DNA of 64,000 nucleotides, taken from assembly GCA_000708835.1 (NCBI GenBank), contig DF237422.1:9229-73228 (forward strand), written 5' to 3'. The notes beneath the pieces are model-generated. The model did no database searches. It was not told the DNA's origin and saw only the letters and a program-made list of their open reading frames with translations. The position numbers and the translations under genes were made by a program. The stretch is from Klebsormidium nitens (taxonomy: Eukaryota; Plantae; Klebsormidiophyceae). Shown here piece by piece: positions 1 to 14,000 of the stretch (positions are counted from its first letter, which is position 1; the number at the start of each line of letters is the position of its first letter).

Positions 1-1590
1 TTCCTGATCTCTACAGGACTCTGAAGGATCAGTTTCTATGGGGCGAGGCCGATCAGGCTCTGTGGTGCACTTTGACTCCCCTTAGATCCTCAACTTAAAT
101 CTTGGAGATGTAGGCAGATCAGTTGGAATATTTTCCTCACATTTTCGATTTGCTGAACGTTTGGGACTGCCTTGACTGCAGGTGACGAAAGTTGACGCCT
201 ATGGACGACCGTCAGGATTGGCTCCAGTCCTATACATCGAAGTTTCACAATGACTTTGGAAAACCTTGACTGTTTCCTAGCAAGTTCAGCTCCGACATCT
301 AGGGTAGCCCCTAGCTTCCTTAGCTCCTGTGGATACCAGCTTGTGTGTTGACGAATCCGTTTCCAGCAATTAGACGTTCAGGGTTTGCCAACAGCCTCAC
401 CAATGGTTTTGTAAGACAAGTCTAACCAAAGGATGTGCATTCTTCTTGGCATAAACAGAGCAGATATTGCAAACGGTAGCATTCAGTGGTTGGTGCATGG
501 ACAGGCTGGGAAGCATGCTTGCAGCAGTGGGTTTGACCAAATGTCTTTCAATGTGTCTGAGTCAATTGCCAGCATATCATTGCTGTCATGATGAAGTACG
601 TGGCAGGGTTTGACCTTCCGTAATTGGCATGTGAAATGCGACCCTGCCGCTGCATTGCTGTATATCGTTGCCAACCGTCGTGGCGCCACAACCATCATGG
701 CATCTGGTCTCTCACAGCCTCTGACCTTTTGATATCTTAACGTTGAAGATATATTGCCCAAGCTTGACTGGTATACGGTTCGGATCCAACCCGTGGGTTG
801 GCTACAGCCTCTGACGGTACACGTCAAGAAACTTGCCAAGTTAAGCTCCAAGTGCGCACTATATGATAGTGCCATGATGAGCCCGCGCTGTCAAGAGGGT
901 TGTGCGGCCCCGCGCGGCGGCGCCGCGCCTTTGCCAAGCACTGCACAATTTGGCAAGTATAGTGCAATAAGTTCCGGATTAGTTCAGTTAAGTTCCGTCG
1001 GAAGTTCAGCTAGATCAACATGAACATGTATCCTGACCGTCGGCAGGCAAACATGCCACGTGATATGCTCCTAGTGCATGCTCTGTTTGCAGCGCCCACG
1101 TGCCATGCAGCTGAGATCATTATTGGATGCATATTACAAACAAGTCACGAGTGGACTTCAATCAACGTCAGGATGTGCACCGTCACGCTCGCGCGGTCTT
1201 CACGTCAGATTGGGATCGGTCACTGAATGATATGATCACTGCTCCCATGCGCAATCGAACTTTATTGGAACCCAGGTCAACATTGAGCCGCTGCCAGTCG
1301 ATCACGCATGACATGACAGCTTCCTCAGTATATGACTCAGACGAGCCTCCCACGGGATACGCGCCATGTGCCAGCACGCCCAACTGGCATGTGTGGAGTA
1401 CGTACAGATTGACAAATTGAGAGATTGGTGCCGCGCGCGCCCATGCAGACGATTGTTTACAGGCACTGAGTAGTGAAGTAACGTGTGTAGAATAGATGAA
1501 ATCAATTTGATTGCACAGGTCATTCAGAGACTACCAGCATCGCTCAGTGCCAGTCGGCCAGACGTACGGTGACTTCCGTTCTATAGACGA

Positions 1591-4500
1591 CTAATTTGAC
1601 AACGACAACGAATGTCGTCGCACGTTGGACGCGGCAAGCGGCGCCCCAAGCTTCAGCCCTTTGGCTATCAACGCCACCTTATTCGCGACCCCGACCACTT
1701 CTTCCCCGGACTCAACGCCCACCGTCGGATGCACCCGGTGGTTTGCCCCGGTCACTTTTCTCGAGCTCCTCCGGCGACCCTGCGGCGCCCACTCTAGTTG
1801 CGAGGTCGCCCCTTCGGACTTTCGGTGCACGCGCGCGCTCGCGGCCGCGGCCGCGAGCAGCTGCGACAGCGACGGCTGACACGCGTCGCTCAGCTTGCAG
1901 CTGCTGACCTCCCCCTCGGGCACGTGCCGCAGCGCGGGCAGGGAAAGCCGCCCGGGTTTTCCGGGCCTGCTGACGACACTGCTGGACGCGCTTCGTTCGC
2001 TCTCCCGCGACTCCGGTCGACCTTCCGGTCCCCGTTCCGCTCTCCATTCCGGTCTCTGCTCGCGCACCACCTTTTTGCTGAACAGAGCCATCCAGCTGCT
2101 GACCTCAGCCTCCCGCGGACTGACCGTGTTGCTGACGTCACTCCTCCGCGCGAACCGTTCCGCCGCGGCCGTGGCTGGCCCCTGCGCCTCCAACCAGTCT
2201 TTAAGCGCCACGTGGCTTCCATCAGTGTCGGCCGCAACGGATTCCGGCGGAGCGCCCACATCGATTGCCGAGAACCGGAACACCGGTCGGTCCAGTCTCG
2301 GGTCCGGTTTCCTGACGATCCCCCGCGGTTTGAGCAGCTTTTTGAGCTGCTCGACCGTTTTCCGCACCGGTTTTGACGCTCGCTCTAGTTCCTCCTGCTC
2401 CTGCTGCCGCCGCTCTTCCGAGACTTGCGCGATGCGCTTGCGCACTTTGATTTCCTGGTGCTCTGCAGGAATGGTGAGTGGGTTTTAGCGGGACGTGCTA
2501 TGCGCGAGCGGCTATTGAGGCGCAGAATGTGCGCGCACAGCGTGCGAGCTTCGCATTAGCTGAGTCCATTATACGAACTCATCTTTCCGTCTCGATTGAT
2601 CCGCCAGGAAGCGGAAGTAGCGGGCGCGCTTTCTCACAGCAGAAACATTGAAGTTGCGGCATTTGCTTCGAACGAATGGTCCAATTACGGGATCCCAGAA
2701 AACAGACACCGTAAACAGGAGCAATCTCGAGACTAAGAATCCTCAGGTCAATACAACGGTTTGCCTTTCTTGACGCTTCCTTAAAGATTCTGTGGCGCAG
2801 AATGTGTCGCTGAAGTTTGAAAGCAGCGGTGGCAAACTCACACTGATTGCAGATTATTTGAGCGAACGATTGCCCACCTTGGAAAACGGCCTGCGCCGCC
2901 TGTTGCAACCTTTCGTACTTGGCAGCCATTGCCGGGTCGCTCGAGGGCAGTATGCGCTCATACAGCACCTGAAAGTGCGCCACGAACAGACTAATAATTT
3001 GTCCAACAACTTCGTTGCGTCAGCAATACTGACACTTGGTCAGGAAAGGCTCCAAAATGCAGAGCGGAAGGGAACACTCCAGTGAAGCCTAATGTAACTA
3101 GCCGTGAATGACGAACTCGTTGAGAGAAGCAAATTTCGATTCGATTTTCAACAAGACCCGACACGAGTTACAGGGTCTGATTGGAGACCGGAAGCCCTAC
3201 GAATTTTCTTACTAAGAGCGCTCTGGCATCACATCGATGATTCGATTTCGACCAATCGCCGGGTGACTCTCTCGAAAGATCATTCTGATTGGAACAAGTA
3301 GAACCAGCGTCTATGGTTGATTTGAGTTGACCTCCTATTTTGACATCTCCCCAGCAACTCACCATCGTCTTGTCTTCGAAAGCTCGCCTCGACTCCAGCA
3401 ACGCCTCTAGTTCTTTCCGCCGTGTTGCGGCGCCGTCCGCTGACGGCTCCGCTTCAACGTCGCTAACCGACCCCAAACCCATTTTCTCAACGAAACCTCC
3501 TGACACCGACTTGGCCGCTTCCGGTTCCGCCTCACCAGTTCCGCTGCTTTCCTCGACAGAGACGGAATGCTCTTCCGTTGCGCCCACTTCAGAGACTGAA
3601 CTTCGGTCAACCCGATTTGACTCCTTGCTAGACGACTCACAAATTTGATTAAACCTCTCGACACCCTGCTTAACCGACTTCAAACCAGACTCGGAACCCG
3701 ACGGCAACCCATTTCCGCCCGCGTTCCGCTCCTTGGCTGACTCCAGCGGATTCCGTCCGCCGCCTCTTCCGCCGGGATCCTTAGGCCCTGTTGCCGCAGG
3801 TTGGTTCTCTTTTGCGCTGCTTCGTCTGCGGCTGTAGAGCCGTGACAAGGCCCCCGATTTCTCCCCTTCTTGGTACTTCTGGATTTGGCGATGATCTAGG
3901 TTAACGAGGTTGAGGGTTTCGAGGATGAGGGATTCTTTGATGCGGAGGTCGAGCGGGGTGTCGGTGGTAAAAGACGGGGAGTGGTTCACCTGATCAGGAA
4001 AAGCCGTAGAAACGTGTGAGGTCTTGAACAATTGATCAATAACTCGACTGAGGATTACCGAATCTACGATGGCACATCTTGGAGAAAGTCCTTTTTTTTT
4101 AGACCCAAGGTTTCCTCCGGGGAACTGTTCCAAGTTCATAAACGCAAAGGGAAAGTTTGGCGAATTGCGGGAAATTGACAGTGTAAGCAGAACCAGAAAA
4201 AGTCCTCAATTTTCTCTTTACTACCAATCAAATAATCCAGAGGATCCTATTTTGACTCTCTTGTGAATCGTATCCTCCCGGTAGTCTGACGCCCAACAGG
4301 AACCGCTTGAAAGAGTTCTGCGCAAAGTCTGCTAACCGCAGGCACTTCAACCCATGTCAGAGCGCCACGTGGCGCACCTCGAGCAGCCAGGGCTTGCATT
4401 TGTGGTCCAGGATGACGTCAAGTCCGAGCAGCTCGAAGCACGAGAAGGGGTCGCGGCCGTCGGGGATGCACGTGCGGTAGTTGTGCGCGAGCAGCGGCTG

Positions 4501-7500
4501 GATGGAGATCAGGGTTTTGCACGTGACGTCCTGCACACGTCAGCAACGGCTCGGTTTAGGGTTTGAATCTCTGGATTGTGGAATCAACAGAAGCCACAAT
4601 TCCGTCGGGGATGCACGTGCGGTAGTTGTGCGCGAGCAGCGGCTGGATGGAGATCAGGGTCTTGCACGTGACGTCCTGCACACGTCAGCGAAGGCGGGTG
4701 CTAAAAAGTCCCTGCCTTTGGATTCAGTGGAGGTTCATACTTTCATTGACAATCTGCCGACTTTGAAGACGTCTTGTTCTGTAAAGTCGAACGGACGCTC
4801 AAGGGTATCCCTCAGACATTCCTCTGAGAAAAAGACGTCACTATCAGTGGGCTACACAACTTTTGAACCTTAAAGAATTCAGCTAAGCTTCAAAGTACAT
4901 GAAGGAGTAAGCGGTAAGCAACAAGCTCCTGAAAGTATCTAAGATGAATTTTCCTAATTCCCTGATAAAGCCGTACAAATATTCGATGAGACATAGCTTC
5001 TGCAATAGTTCCCTTTCGAGTACAGTTGCCACGCGTCAAGTGGGCTTACCGCAATCTGCTCCCATAGTTTATCGACGTCGTGGCCCTTTTTCCGAAGCGC
5101 CACCAGCATCGCCGTCAAGCTCCTGCAATGCATGAAGTCATGCTGACCTCATTATCAAACAGAAACCGAAGCACACCTGCCCGCAAACCCAGCGTTGCAC
5201 GTAAGCAGCTGGGTTTCTAGAGATCTTTGTACTAGACGTTGGCAAGCCGATGTGCGCTTTATGCGTTTCTGATTCGACTCCGCAAAGAATGCCCAGGAGA
5301 TTCCACAAGACTTTTCAAAAGAGTGTTCCTATCCTTACCCCAGATCAACGACGACGTACAAAAATATTTTGCTGCTTACGCCGGCAAGTTTTGAGCCGGT
5401 GGTTGAGTCAAAGGTTTCAAGGTTTTCAAGAAACCCTTACCACTTGCTGCCCTCGTCGGCCGCGGCCGCGTCTTTGTTGAACGCAAACTTGTCGTTCCGC
5501 TTGTTCACCGCGTAGTTGGTCAGATGCATGCAAGCCTGGGCCTGGGGTACCAGCAAGATAGTCTCAGCCGAATGACCATCATTCAGCTAAGTATTTCTCG
5601 TTCTCTCCGGTACAAAGTGGATAAAAGTCACTCATTACCGATTTTCTTTGGATGAATCTGCATTGTAGAAAAGCGCCCCAGATTTCTCGCTGCTATGTGA
5701 AGCAAGCCATCGCATTGGCTCGAATACGCTTTCCGTAAGGTCGGACTGCGGTTGCATCCTTCGATAAGAGCCCATCTCACGGGTTGCTGGCGTTTTTTCA
5801 GCATCACTTGAAAAGAGACTGGCCAGCTAAGTGCTCAACGGCCAAGCCCGCACGACGCAAGTGAATCATGTGCCAGCTCCGTTGGATAGTGCGCCTTAAT
5901 CCTGCCACGTCAGCAACATCGCTTTGACTGGAAGTGGGCTCTTACCAGATTGCTCCTCTGCGGGGCGACGTACTTCTCGGTGCAGAAGCGGGCCAGCCCC
6001 TCCTTGTACAGAAAGACCCGCAGAGGATCGCACGAGAGCACGAGCACGTAGATCCGCAGGTCGAACTTGAAGTCGTTCACCAACATGGGCTGCGGAAAAG
6101 GACCACGTGAAGCGATTTCAGAAGCGTTGATTCCGTCCTTGTCTTCTGCTATGATCATACCCCGAAATGGTCAAGATGGTTCGATGGCTCTTGCCGTTTC
6201 CCTAGTCTTCTGCCTTCTGCCTCTTGCGAAGCGATTAGATGCTCGTCGCAGCTTTGATCCTGTGAGCGCGCCAGAACCCTTGCGAATGTTTGAATCAATC
6301 CCTCGATCAAAACATACATCGCCAACATTGGGGAGATACTCCTGCGCGACGAGCGCCACAGTTGACAGGTTGCGAAGCGCTTGTGACCCTCCGGCACATT
6401 TTTCACAGCTCGCCAGGTTTCTTGCAACTCGAAACGCCTCATCCGTAAAGCCGAAAGCCCCTTGCTCACCTTGGAAAGATACTTTTGCGCGACAAGCGCC
6501 TCCGTTGGGAGGTTTCGTAGCGCCTCGTAAACCCCGGCCTCGTTTTGGACGAGCGCGATGCCGCGGCCCTGGCAGCCCGTGTCGGGCTTGAGGATGAACG
6601 TCTTAACCGACTTCTTCGTGAACTGGGTTAGGAACTCGGGGAGTCTGCAGGAAAAATTTTCTTAAAACGATGAGGGTAATGCATGTAAAGGCTGTCTTAT
6701 GCGGGGAAGCTGGATTGGGCTTGAAAGACAAACTCTTAGCCGGTTTTCGTGAAGTGGGTTAGAAGGTAAGGCAGTCTGCGCCGAAGGTGTTTTAATGGTA
6801 GCTACTCTTGTGCCAGGATTACGTCACAGGGTTGAGATGGGGATTCGAATTTGAGGACGACTACCTATAGCGAACTCTCCGTAGAGAGTGGATATAAAAG
6901 CTGAGCAGCCTGCGGCAAAACATAGAGCAGAGTATTCCAAAATACTGACCCAGGCGCATTGGTTGATGCGCGAGTATTGCACGCGGCCGCTTTGAGACAC
7001 GAAGCCGGCTCCTTGAAAAGCCGAATGCATTCGATCATTCGTTTGTTGGACACTTACTCGATGGGCAGCACGAAGCTCTTGGGCATGAAGTTGTACTCGT
7101 TGGAGGCTAGCTTTTTCAGTTTGTATAGTTTTTATTTACTTCTAATAGGGAAAGCCCAAATGCAGCTATGAACGCGACCGCTTTCTTGAGCAAAGCAGAC
7201 CGTCTCTTAAAAGGCCCACACTCGACCCCCTTTGCCAGCGTTGATAACTTACTCAATCGGCAGCACGAAGATCTTGGGCATAAAGATGTCCTCGTTCCAT
7301 GCGAGCTTCTTCTTTTTGCACAATTTGAATTGTGTACTTATGATAGGGGGTGCCCGAGTGCAGCTATGAACGTGACCGCTTTCTTAAGCCAAGCAGACCG
7401 TCTCTCAAAATGGCCACACTCTTCCCTCGTTAACTCACTCGATGGGTAGGACGAAGCTCTTGGGCATAAAGTTGTACTCGTTGGGCGCGAGCTTCTTCAT

Positions 7501-8865
7501 GGCCGCAAAGTTGCGCGAGAGTGCCTTCTTGCGGCAGACCTCGAGCATGCCGAAAAAGTGGTTGATCTTCTGCGCGCGCACCGGGAGAAACTTCACATCA
7601 GCGTCAGCACTACGTCGTAGCTGGAGTTGCACATTCACAGGAGTACGTCCGTACTACGAGAGCGGACACTTGAGCCGCACAGGTATATACCCGGCCTGCC
7701 AGCATCTTATCGAACAGTCTCCTTGGCTGGTCCACGGTGCCACTCCTTCAAAGCTCACTACGTCCGGTTTCGAATCTGTGTTGCGGCTTCGAGGTCGTTG
7801 CGCTTCGTCAAAGGCTCAAAGAAAGGGCGTTCTTTGCATAAGCGAGAATGGCATACGCTTGTTCAATGCAGGATGCAATTTGTAACCGCTAGGGTGTACT
7901 GTTCCGAACCGCATCGTGCTTACAGTCAGCAAAGATGGGTCAAACACAAAGTTGGAAGTAAGACTAGAGCGGGGAAACCTTTACCTGGTAAGGCTCTAAG
8001 CGGAGCAGCCGGTCTGCCCCGATTGACGTGTCGGTCCAGTAGACGTGCCATTCGTCCTCGTCTCCGACTTCCTTCCATCCTAGAGTCCGCTGAACCCGGC
8101 GCACTGTAAGGTAGAATCAGTTCCAAAATGAAAATGAGAATGAGAATGGTTTTGCTTGTTGTAAGTCTGACGGTTCTTCTCGTGGATTCAAGCCCTTATG
8201 CCTCTCGTCAATTTGTTCAGCGGAGTTTCAGGACAGACGACGACTGGAGGAGCTCAAGGACTAGACATCAAAAAGGCGATGTGTCATGAAGACGCTACGT
8301 GTTATCATAGTTCTTTTTAACGGTGCCATTCGTCCTCGTAAGTTCGCTGAACCCGGCGGACTGTATCATACAAAGCAACACAAGCTAAAACTTGTGAACC
8401 ACTTTGTAAACATGATTTTAAGGGCTCTACTCTCGGACTTTATTTCCCTTGCCTCTTGTTTGAATTGTCCAGCAGGGGCTTATGTTTCACACACAAAAGT
8501 GCGAGTTACGACAGAACGCGACTGAGGGAGGTTATGTTTCAAAAAGCTGGATAGCGACCTCAAATCAAGAAGTTACGGGAGTTTTGCGAAGAGGCCTGAT
8601 GTCGGTAAGAGCATTCGCTGATCCATGTTTCGAGGGTTGTATGCCTGGGTCCTTGGCACCTTACACCGCAAACAAGAGTTACGAATCCGCTGAATGATCC
8701 TCAGAGTTCTCATGTAATATCAACAGCGTCGATCCGATTCTTACCGACTTCGTACTTGCAGTTGCTCAGATTGAGGGCCGGTTTCAGGGTCTTCTTCTTG
8801 ATTTTTTTCCCGCTTGAGACACGTTTCCGAGCATCCTTTGGAGGGAAGCGGCTTTCACCAGCCAT
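1591..8865 (-). CDS. TTLL6: Tubulin polyglutamylase, TTLL6/TTLL13-like (multi-exon)
   Basis: Spliced minus-strand exons give family motifs in order: 8745-8865 MAGESRF...LNLSNCKYEV; 7985-8103 VRRVQRTLGWKEVGDEDEWHVYWTDTSIGADRLLRLEPYQ; 7439-7569 KINHFFGMLEVCRKKALSRN; ~6550-6645 KTFILKPDTGCQGRGI; ~5948-6088 PMLVNDFKFDLRIYVLVLSCDPLRVFLYKEGLARFCTEKY; ~5441-5543 MHLTNYAVNK; ~5050-5122 GHDVDKLWEQI; 4378-4530 KTLISIQP...CFELLGLDVILDHKCKPWLLE; ~3360-3990 VNHSPSFTTDTPLDLRIK; ~2870-2965; last exon 1591-2462. Junctions are GT-AG; the 6.2-6.4 kb exon limits are uncertain. Subfamily assigned from recalled motif similarity. Confidence 0.9.
4602..4689 (-). repeat. Near-identical duplicate of TTLL branch site, acceptor and exon 5' half
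   Basis: 4602-4689 is almost identical to 4457-4544 (gctgacgtgtgcag|GACGTCACG...CCCGACGG). Confidence 0.9.
7030..7300 (-). repeat. Exon-echo copies of TTLL exon 3 3' end plus donor
   Basis: actc(g/a)at(g/c)ggcagcacgaag(c/a)tcttgggcat at ~7056 and ~7251 copies the exon end at 7439-7470. The intronic flank is also repeated, with a period of ~190 bp. Confidence 0.8.
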
Positions 8866-9808
8866 TCCTTTAACACAGGAAAAAGTACTCCATCAGTTGC
8901 TCTGTTTCAAGTGGTTGCCCAATTTCTGTACAGGGGACAGGAGCTCCTTAGAAAGGAGGCTGATAGAAGCGGAGTCTGAGGAGTGGCACCAGCAGTGCGG
9001 TGAGTAAAGGGAGAGTTGTCTGCCATCAAAGAGATATGGACCCAGATACAGCATCAGCAGCTAATCTTTTCAAGTTCAATTTCGAGGGACGAATTCTGGA
9101 GCTCGTTTTTGGTTGCAGTTCCACCAGCAAAGTACGGCAAGAAAAGTATCAGAAAACCATACTGTTCCTTAAAAGAGCTACGAAAACACAGGAATCTCCT
9201 TCATGAGAAGAGCTAATGTCGACGTTGCCAGCTGCTAGCGCCCCAGGTACGAAGACTGAAGGAATCCTTAATCACAATCATTGTCAATGAGTGCTTCGTA
9301 AGATGGAATACGGGCCTGCTCCAAAGGTGCTACTTCCACTCTGCGCAAGAGACATACCTTTCAACCAGAGCTGGCCTGTGAAGAATTAACCATGCTCCTC
9401 CCGAATCGAAGGCGCACCTCAAACAGAGAAAGTCCGTAGACCTGTTTGAATCACATCAGCTCTCTCTGAGAAGTGAACGCTATCACCAGGAGCTGAGAGT
9501 CTTCACTAGTTATAAGAGCAGAGGTTACTTTGTTACACTTGGGGAGCATGTTCGCCCTTTCTGGGAAGAGTTGTCACGAAGGGCAATCCCTGATGCAACA
9601 CCTAAGCCTTGTCGGTTTTCGCCCTAATATACGCCAGTTTTCCTCTACCAACGAATGTCACCTGGCCGTTGCAAGTACGTAAAAACAACTGTAGTACTAC
9701 AGCATTGCACGTTCCACCAGAGTGTTGATCGCCCTCGAAGCTGCCAGACTTCGTCTAGGAAGCATACTGACGTGATTTTCTGAAAACCTCAACGCCCCTT
9801 CCAGGACA

Positions 9809-10008
9809 TACTGGTAACTCCCATTTCACTTAAGGGCCATTTCAGTTAACATACGAGCTACCCGGGCAAACTAACAAAAAACCCTAACCAACAGAATCAC
9901 CCGCTCCGCACCCGAACCCACCCTAACCACCAAACCAACCCTACCCGTCTCCCGGGCGCCTATCCTAGGTGAAATGGCTCTCAAGTGAAATGGGAGTTAC
10001 CAGAGTTT
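9809..10008 (+). mobile_element. MITE-like family 1, copy 1
   Basis: Terminal inverted repeats: ctggtaactcccatttcacttaagggccatttca (9811-9844) pairs with tgaaatggctctcaagtgaaatgggagttaccag (9970-10003). The core cacccgctccgcacccgaacccaccctaaccacc is shared with three other copies. No TSD resolved. Confidence 0.75.
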
Positions 10009-11006
10009 CATGGACACCAGCACAGGTCTCCATGAGTCAATCTGCATTGCACGCGAATGCAACCTTGTCTTCTACCTCCTCTTTCCTGGCCGCAGTGTGA
10101 CAAAGCGTTTGGCTATCTCGCCGCCTCTCGCTCACTATAATATCATTCATCAAGAATCTTGAAGGTCTCCTGCGTGTTGCATGCATATCCAAGATCCTAC
10201 GTGTAAATACATGCACAATCTTTTTCCCAAGTGATCTGCATACGGAATCTAGGACAGTTATGTCCGGTTAAGCATTCTGACACTGCTGATGATATGCAAT
10301 ATGACGCGACAGCACAGTATCATATCTTTCCTCAAATCCTAGAATCTGTTTTCTTCACATTGTTACCCACTACAGACTACGTCGACAAGAAGCGGCCTTA
10401 GGGCGCCGCCTTAGCAGCTCAGTGGCTCAGGCCTCTTTCTCGACATTGAAGAACCTCCTTTTCATAGTTGATGATATTTTAGGTGCTGGACTAATTAACG
10501 TTGGAACGTTGCACCAAATTGCACTGATCTCATCGCTGTCAATACAAACTCTACCGTGATGTGCACAAGATATTCCATAAGGCCCTTAATCCAGTGCTGC
10601 TCACGTGTTACAGTAGGCCTTAGAATAGTGCATCAGGCTCGGAGTCCAAATGGCTTGAACCGAGTGTAAAATGAGTTCAGCCGGCTGAGACGCTCTAACC
10701 GTCGCCTGTTTCATTTACCACACTTGATTTGACTTGACTGAGTAATGATCACAGAGTTTTATCGACGGCATATTTTCAGAAGGAATATCGGACGGCACAA
10801 AAATCACGACCGTGTACATATGCTGCATTATGCATCCACGGGACGAAGAAGCAAGTCAGCATTAAATATGAAATGATTTGCTTGTTTTTCTGGAACATTT
10901 CACAACAGCAGCCCCATCCGAAAAGCTCTTTGAACAACAACCTGAAGGACAAAAGCTTGCTAGCTCCAAAGCAAGGAGAGAAGAGTTTCTAACCAAGGGC
11001 GTAGCC

Positions 11007-14000
11007 ATGGAGCGTCTGCAGCAGTCCCTGGAGGCATTGCAGCTCCACTCCTTATCCAACTCAGCTCAAGCTGTAACCGTCTTGACTGGTCTTCTGACCG
11101 TTCTCCTCTTCTCGGTGCGCATCTTCGTCCCAACAAGGGCGGCCCGCTGGCTGCGCAAGGTTCCTGGGCCTCCTTCTTATCCCGTCGTAGGGAACCTCAT
11201 TGAGATTTTCAGCAAAGGGTATCATGAGTGCCATAAGGAATGGCTATCGATGTATGGCTCGGTGTATAAGTATGTGATGGGGGACACGTTGCTGGTGGTT
11301 TCAGACCCTGATGTTGTGCAGCAGGTGAGCACTCTGCAAGCCTCTGGCGGCGTCTGATTGCGCCTGAGCTGGTCGTATGCATGCAGTACAATGCTGTACG
11401 TTGTTTTGGTGATGATCAGGAGAGGATGGAAGCGACTAGCATTGCTGCAAGATGATTAAGAGATGAGGAGGTTCACAAGTATATCTAGCAATGTCTTCTG
11501 AGGTTCTATTTGAAGTTGAATAATGAAAGATGAAATGACCTCAAAAAATGTTAGTGGTGGTATGATTGTCGGCGACCATTCTTCAAGTAGTCGCAAGGGC
11601 AGCATTCGTGTGTGAGCCCTTCAATATGTTTCATGTGAGCAGCATCAAACCTCTGAAGTCAAAAGTCATAGCTGGTTCTTAACAAAAGAGTACGCGATTC
11701 CACAGTGTTGCAAAAATGGGGTTTGCATCATGCAATTCAAGCCGCAACCCCAAGTGCTCTTTTTCCTTTTCATTATTGTGATATATGACAGCACCTTCAG
11801 TGGTCATTTCTGGTTCTACAAGTCTGTGTATGAACATCTCTATCAAGGGGCAGTTTGGACAAGAAACTGGACAGCCAAGAGCTGCCAAGGGCAAAAGTTT
11901 GTCAGAGAGGTCTATGAACATTGCAAGCGCTTTCTCTAGTCATGACAACTGCAACAGCATGGAGATTGCTTTTGGAACTTTTTGGCCAAGGCGCTGCTTA
12001 GGGCGCATACCAACAAAAACCTCGTGAAGCTGTCACTCAATACCATACCAAAACCATGCTTGTTGGAAGGACTGTTTTCTCATTAAATCAGACACAAGCC
12101 CGGCACTGGAGTTCCTAAAGAGAACCTCGTAAACGACACATGAACCCCTGACACTCCCTTCTCTCCGGAAGGGAAGCAGACACTATCTGCCTTGCAATCA
12201 CAACGAAGAAAAGACGCTTGTCATTGAGAATCCTGACTGTAGAGAAGGCCATTTCCTTGGAGTAGAGCTGAACAATGAAGCTCTAATTTTGCAGGTTGGG
12301 ATCCGTATGTTCAAGACTTTTCACGACCGGCAGATGCCAGGCTTTCTGGATGAGAATCAAGCGGGCAAGGCGCTTGTCTTCAGCAAGTGAGCATCTGTGC
12401 TTGTCTTTATCTGCCAACTGACCTGCATAATTGAAACGTTTGGAGCATCGAAATATGATTTCGTAAATTATCAGTCGAGCTATATCCTTTCTACAGAGGC
12501 CAATACTGGACATATGTGTGCAACGCAGTGCTCACACCCTTGATAATCACAACCCTATTTCTCTGAAACGTTATCTTTGTTCCATGTACAGGGGCCCATA
12601 CTGGTCTGGCGTGCGTAACGCAGTGCTCCCCCTTTTTCACACCGCAAAGCTTCAGCACTTTGGGCGTACCATGCATGAGTGTGCAGAGCTCTTGGTAACG
12701 CGCCTTGAGAAAGCCGCTGCGAACAAGGAGCAACTCAACCTGCTGGAATGGGCGGGGGAAATGACCATGGACGTGTTAGGGTCTTCAGCCTTTGGGGTTA
12801 CTTTCAACAGTCAGGTGAGATCTTGATTGCAGTTAGGGAAGGTTCTGATTTTGCTCTTTGTCGCTTATAGTCTTAGGTGTGCCCCTCGAGAAAGTGGATG
12901 AGAACGGGTTCCAAGTTGATCCGCTGAAGGGTGAGGAACAATTGACCGTGGACGTGTTGGAGTCTTCTGCCTTTGGGTTTCTTCCCAAACAGTCAGGTGA
13001 GATTCTGGATCTTGGTTAGGGAAGGTTTGGTGTAGTAATTCGTCAATCTCAGTTCCAAATGTGCACCCGGGAAAGGCTCTGAAGAGGAAGCAAGTCAAGC
13101 TGCTTAAATGGACGGGTTGGGGTCTTCCTCCTTTGGGATCACTTTCAACGGTCAGGTAAACCCTGGGTCTTAACTATTAATCTTGTGACCTGTCAACTGA
13201 GTTCGCTCTTTGAGAAAGCGAATGCAAAGGGCGAGCAAGTTGCGTTGCTATAGTGGGCAGGGGCGATGGCCATGGACGCATTCAGAATCTCCTCTTTTCG
13301 TCCATTTTAGTTGGTGCTTCCTTCTCTCAGTGTTGGTTGGAAAATGGCGTTTCCAACCTAAGTTTAGCGTGAGCCAATCTTCGGACAGCACGGTGGCAAC
13401 TGTGCTTTCGCATTCTGCTTGCTTCGGTAGAAAATGAGGTCCGAAGAGAAGCAAATACCATCAGAATCTGATTTCATCAGCTGGGATCCAAGCCCAAACA
13501 AAGATCGACCGCTTTTGTCAGCCAAGCAGGATTTGCGGACACATTCATCTTCCCTTTCTATTTCCGCAGGTCGGCGAAAAGACCGAGGGCCTCAATTTGA
13601 CAAAGGCCGTGAGCGGGAATCTCGCCAGCATGGCGGAACTGCGCTTCAGCACTCTCCTGGCGATCCTGTGCCCTCCTCTACGGAAGCCCGCGCAATGGCT
13701 GATGTCACTCATTCCCGGGACGGGTGACAACGTGGGTAAAAAGCGGAACGTCTACATGATGCGGGAGAGCAAGAAGATCATCCAGGCTCGACGGAAAGTG
13801 AGGGCCATCTTATTCTCTGATTTTCTATTCTCTGATCCTCTTTTGATTCTTGTACGTGTCGTCGTATCAGAACTGCCCGTTCGCGTTTCTGCAAATGCCC
13901 TTCGCTCGTTACTGCTCTTCTGACCTTGTTTGTATTCAATAAGGAGTATCTTTGTTTTTTGGTGTATTCGCGTACGTATCGTCGTATCAGAACTGCCCGT

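Noticed and set aside
1-480. Minus-strand fragments with an LRR-like look (LWLDLSYKTIG)
   Set aside because: The fragments are interrupted by stops, cut by the window edge, and contain only one weak repeat.
1596-2488. Several overlapping 60-197-aa ORFs on both strands
   Set aside because: These are GC-rich shadow ORFs of the TTLL last exon. The same applies to antisense ORFs over the P450, GCL and LINE exons.
9016-9216. Short ORF ending KELRKHRNLLHE, reminiscent of a HEPN Rx4-6H motif
   Set aside because: It is 66 aa, has no ATG-anchored or spliced model, and the motif is too short to be significant.
9870-9945. ccctaa/ccctaacc motifs as interstitial telomere
   Set aside because: The motifs are not tandem; they belong to the dispersed MITE-like core.
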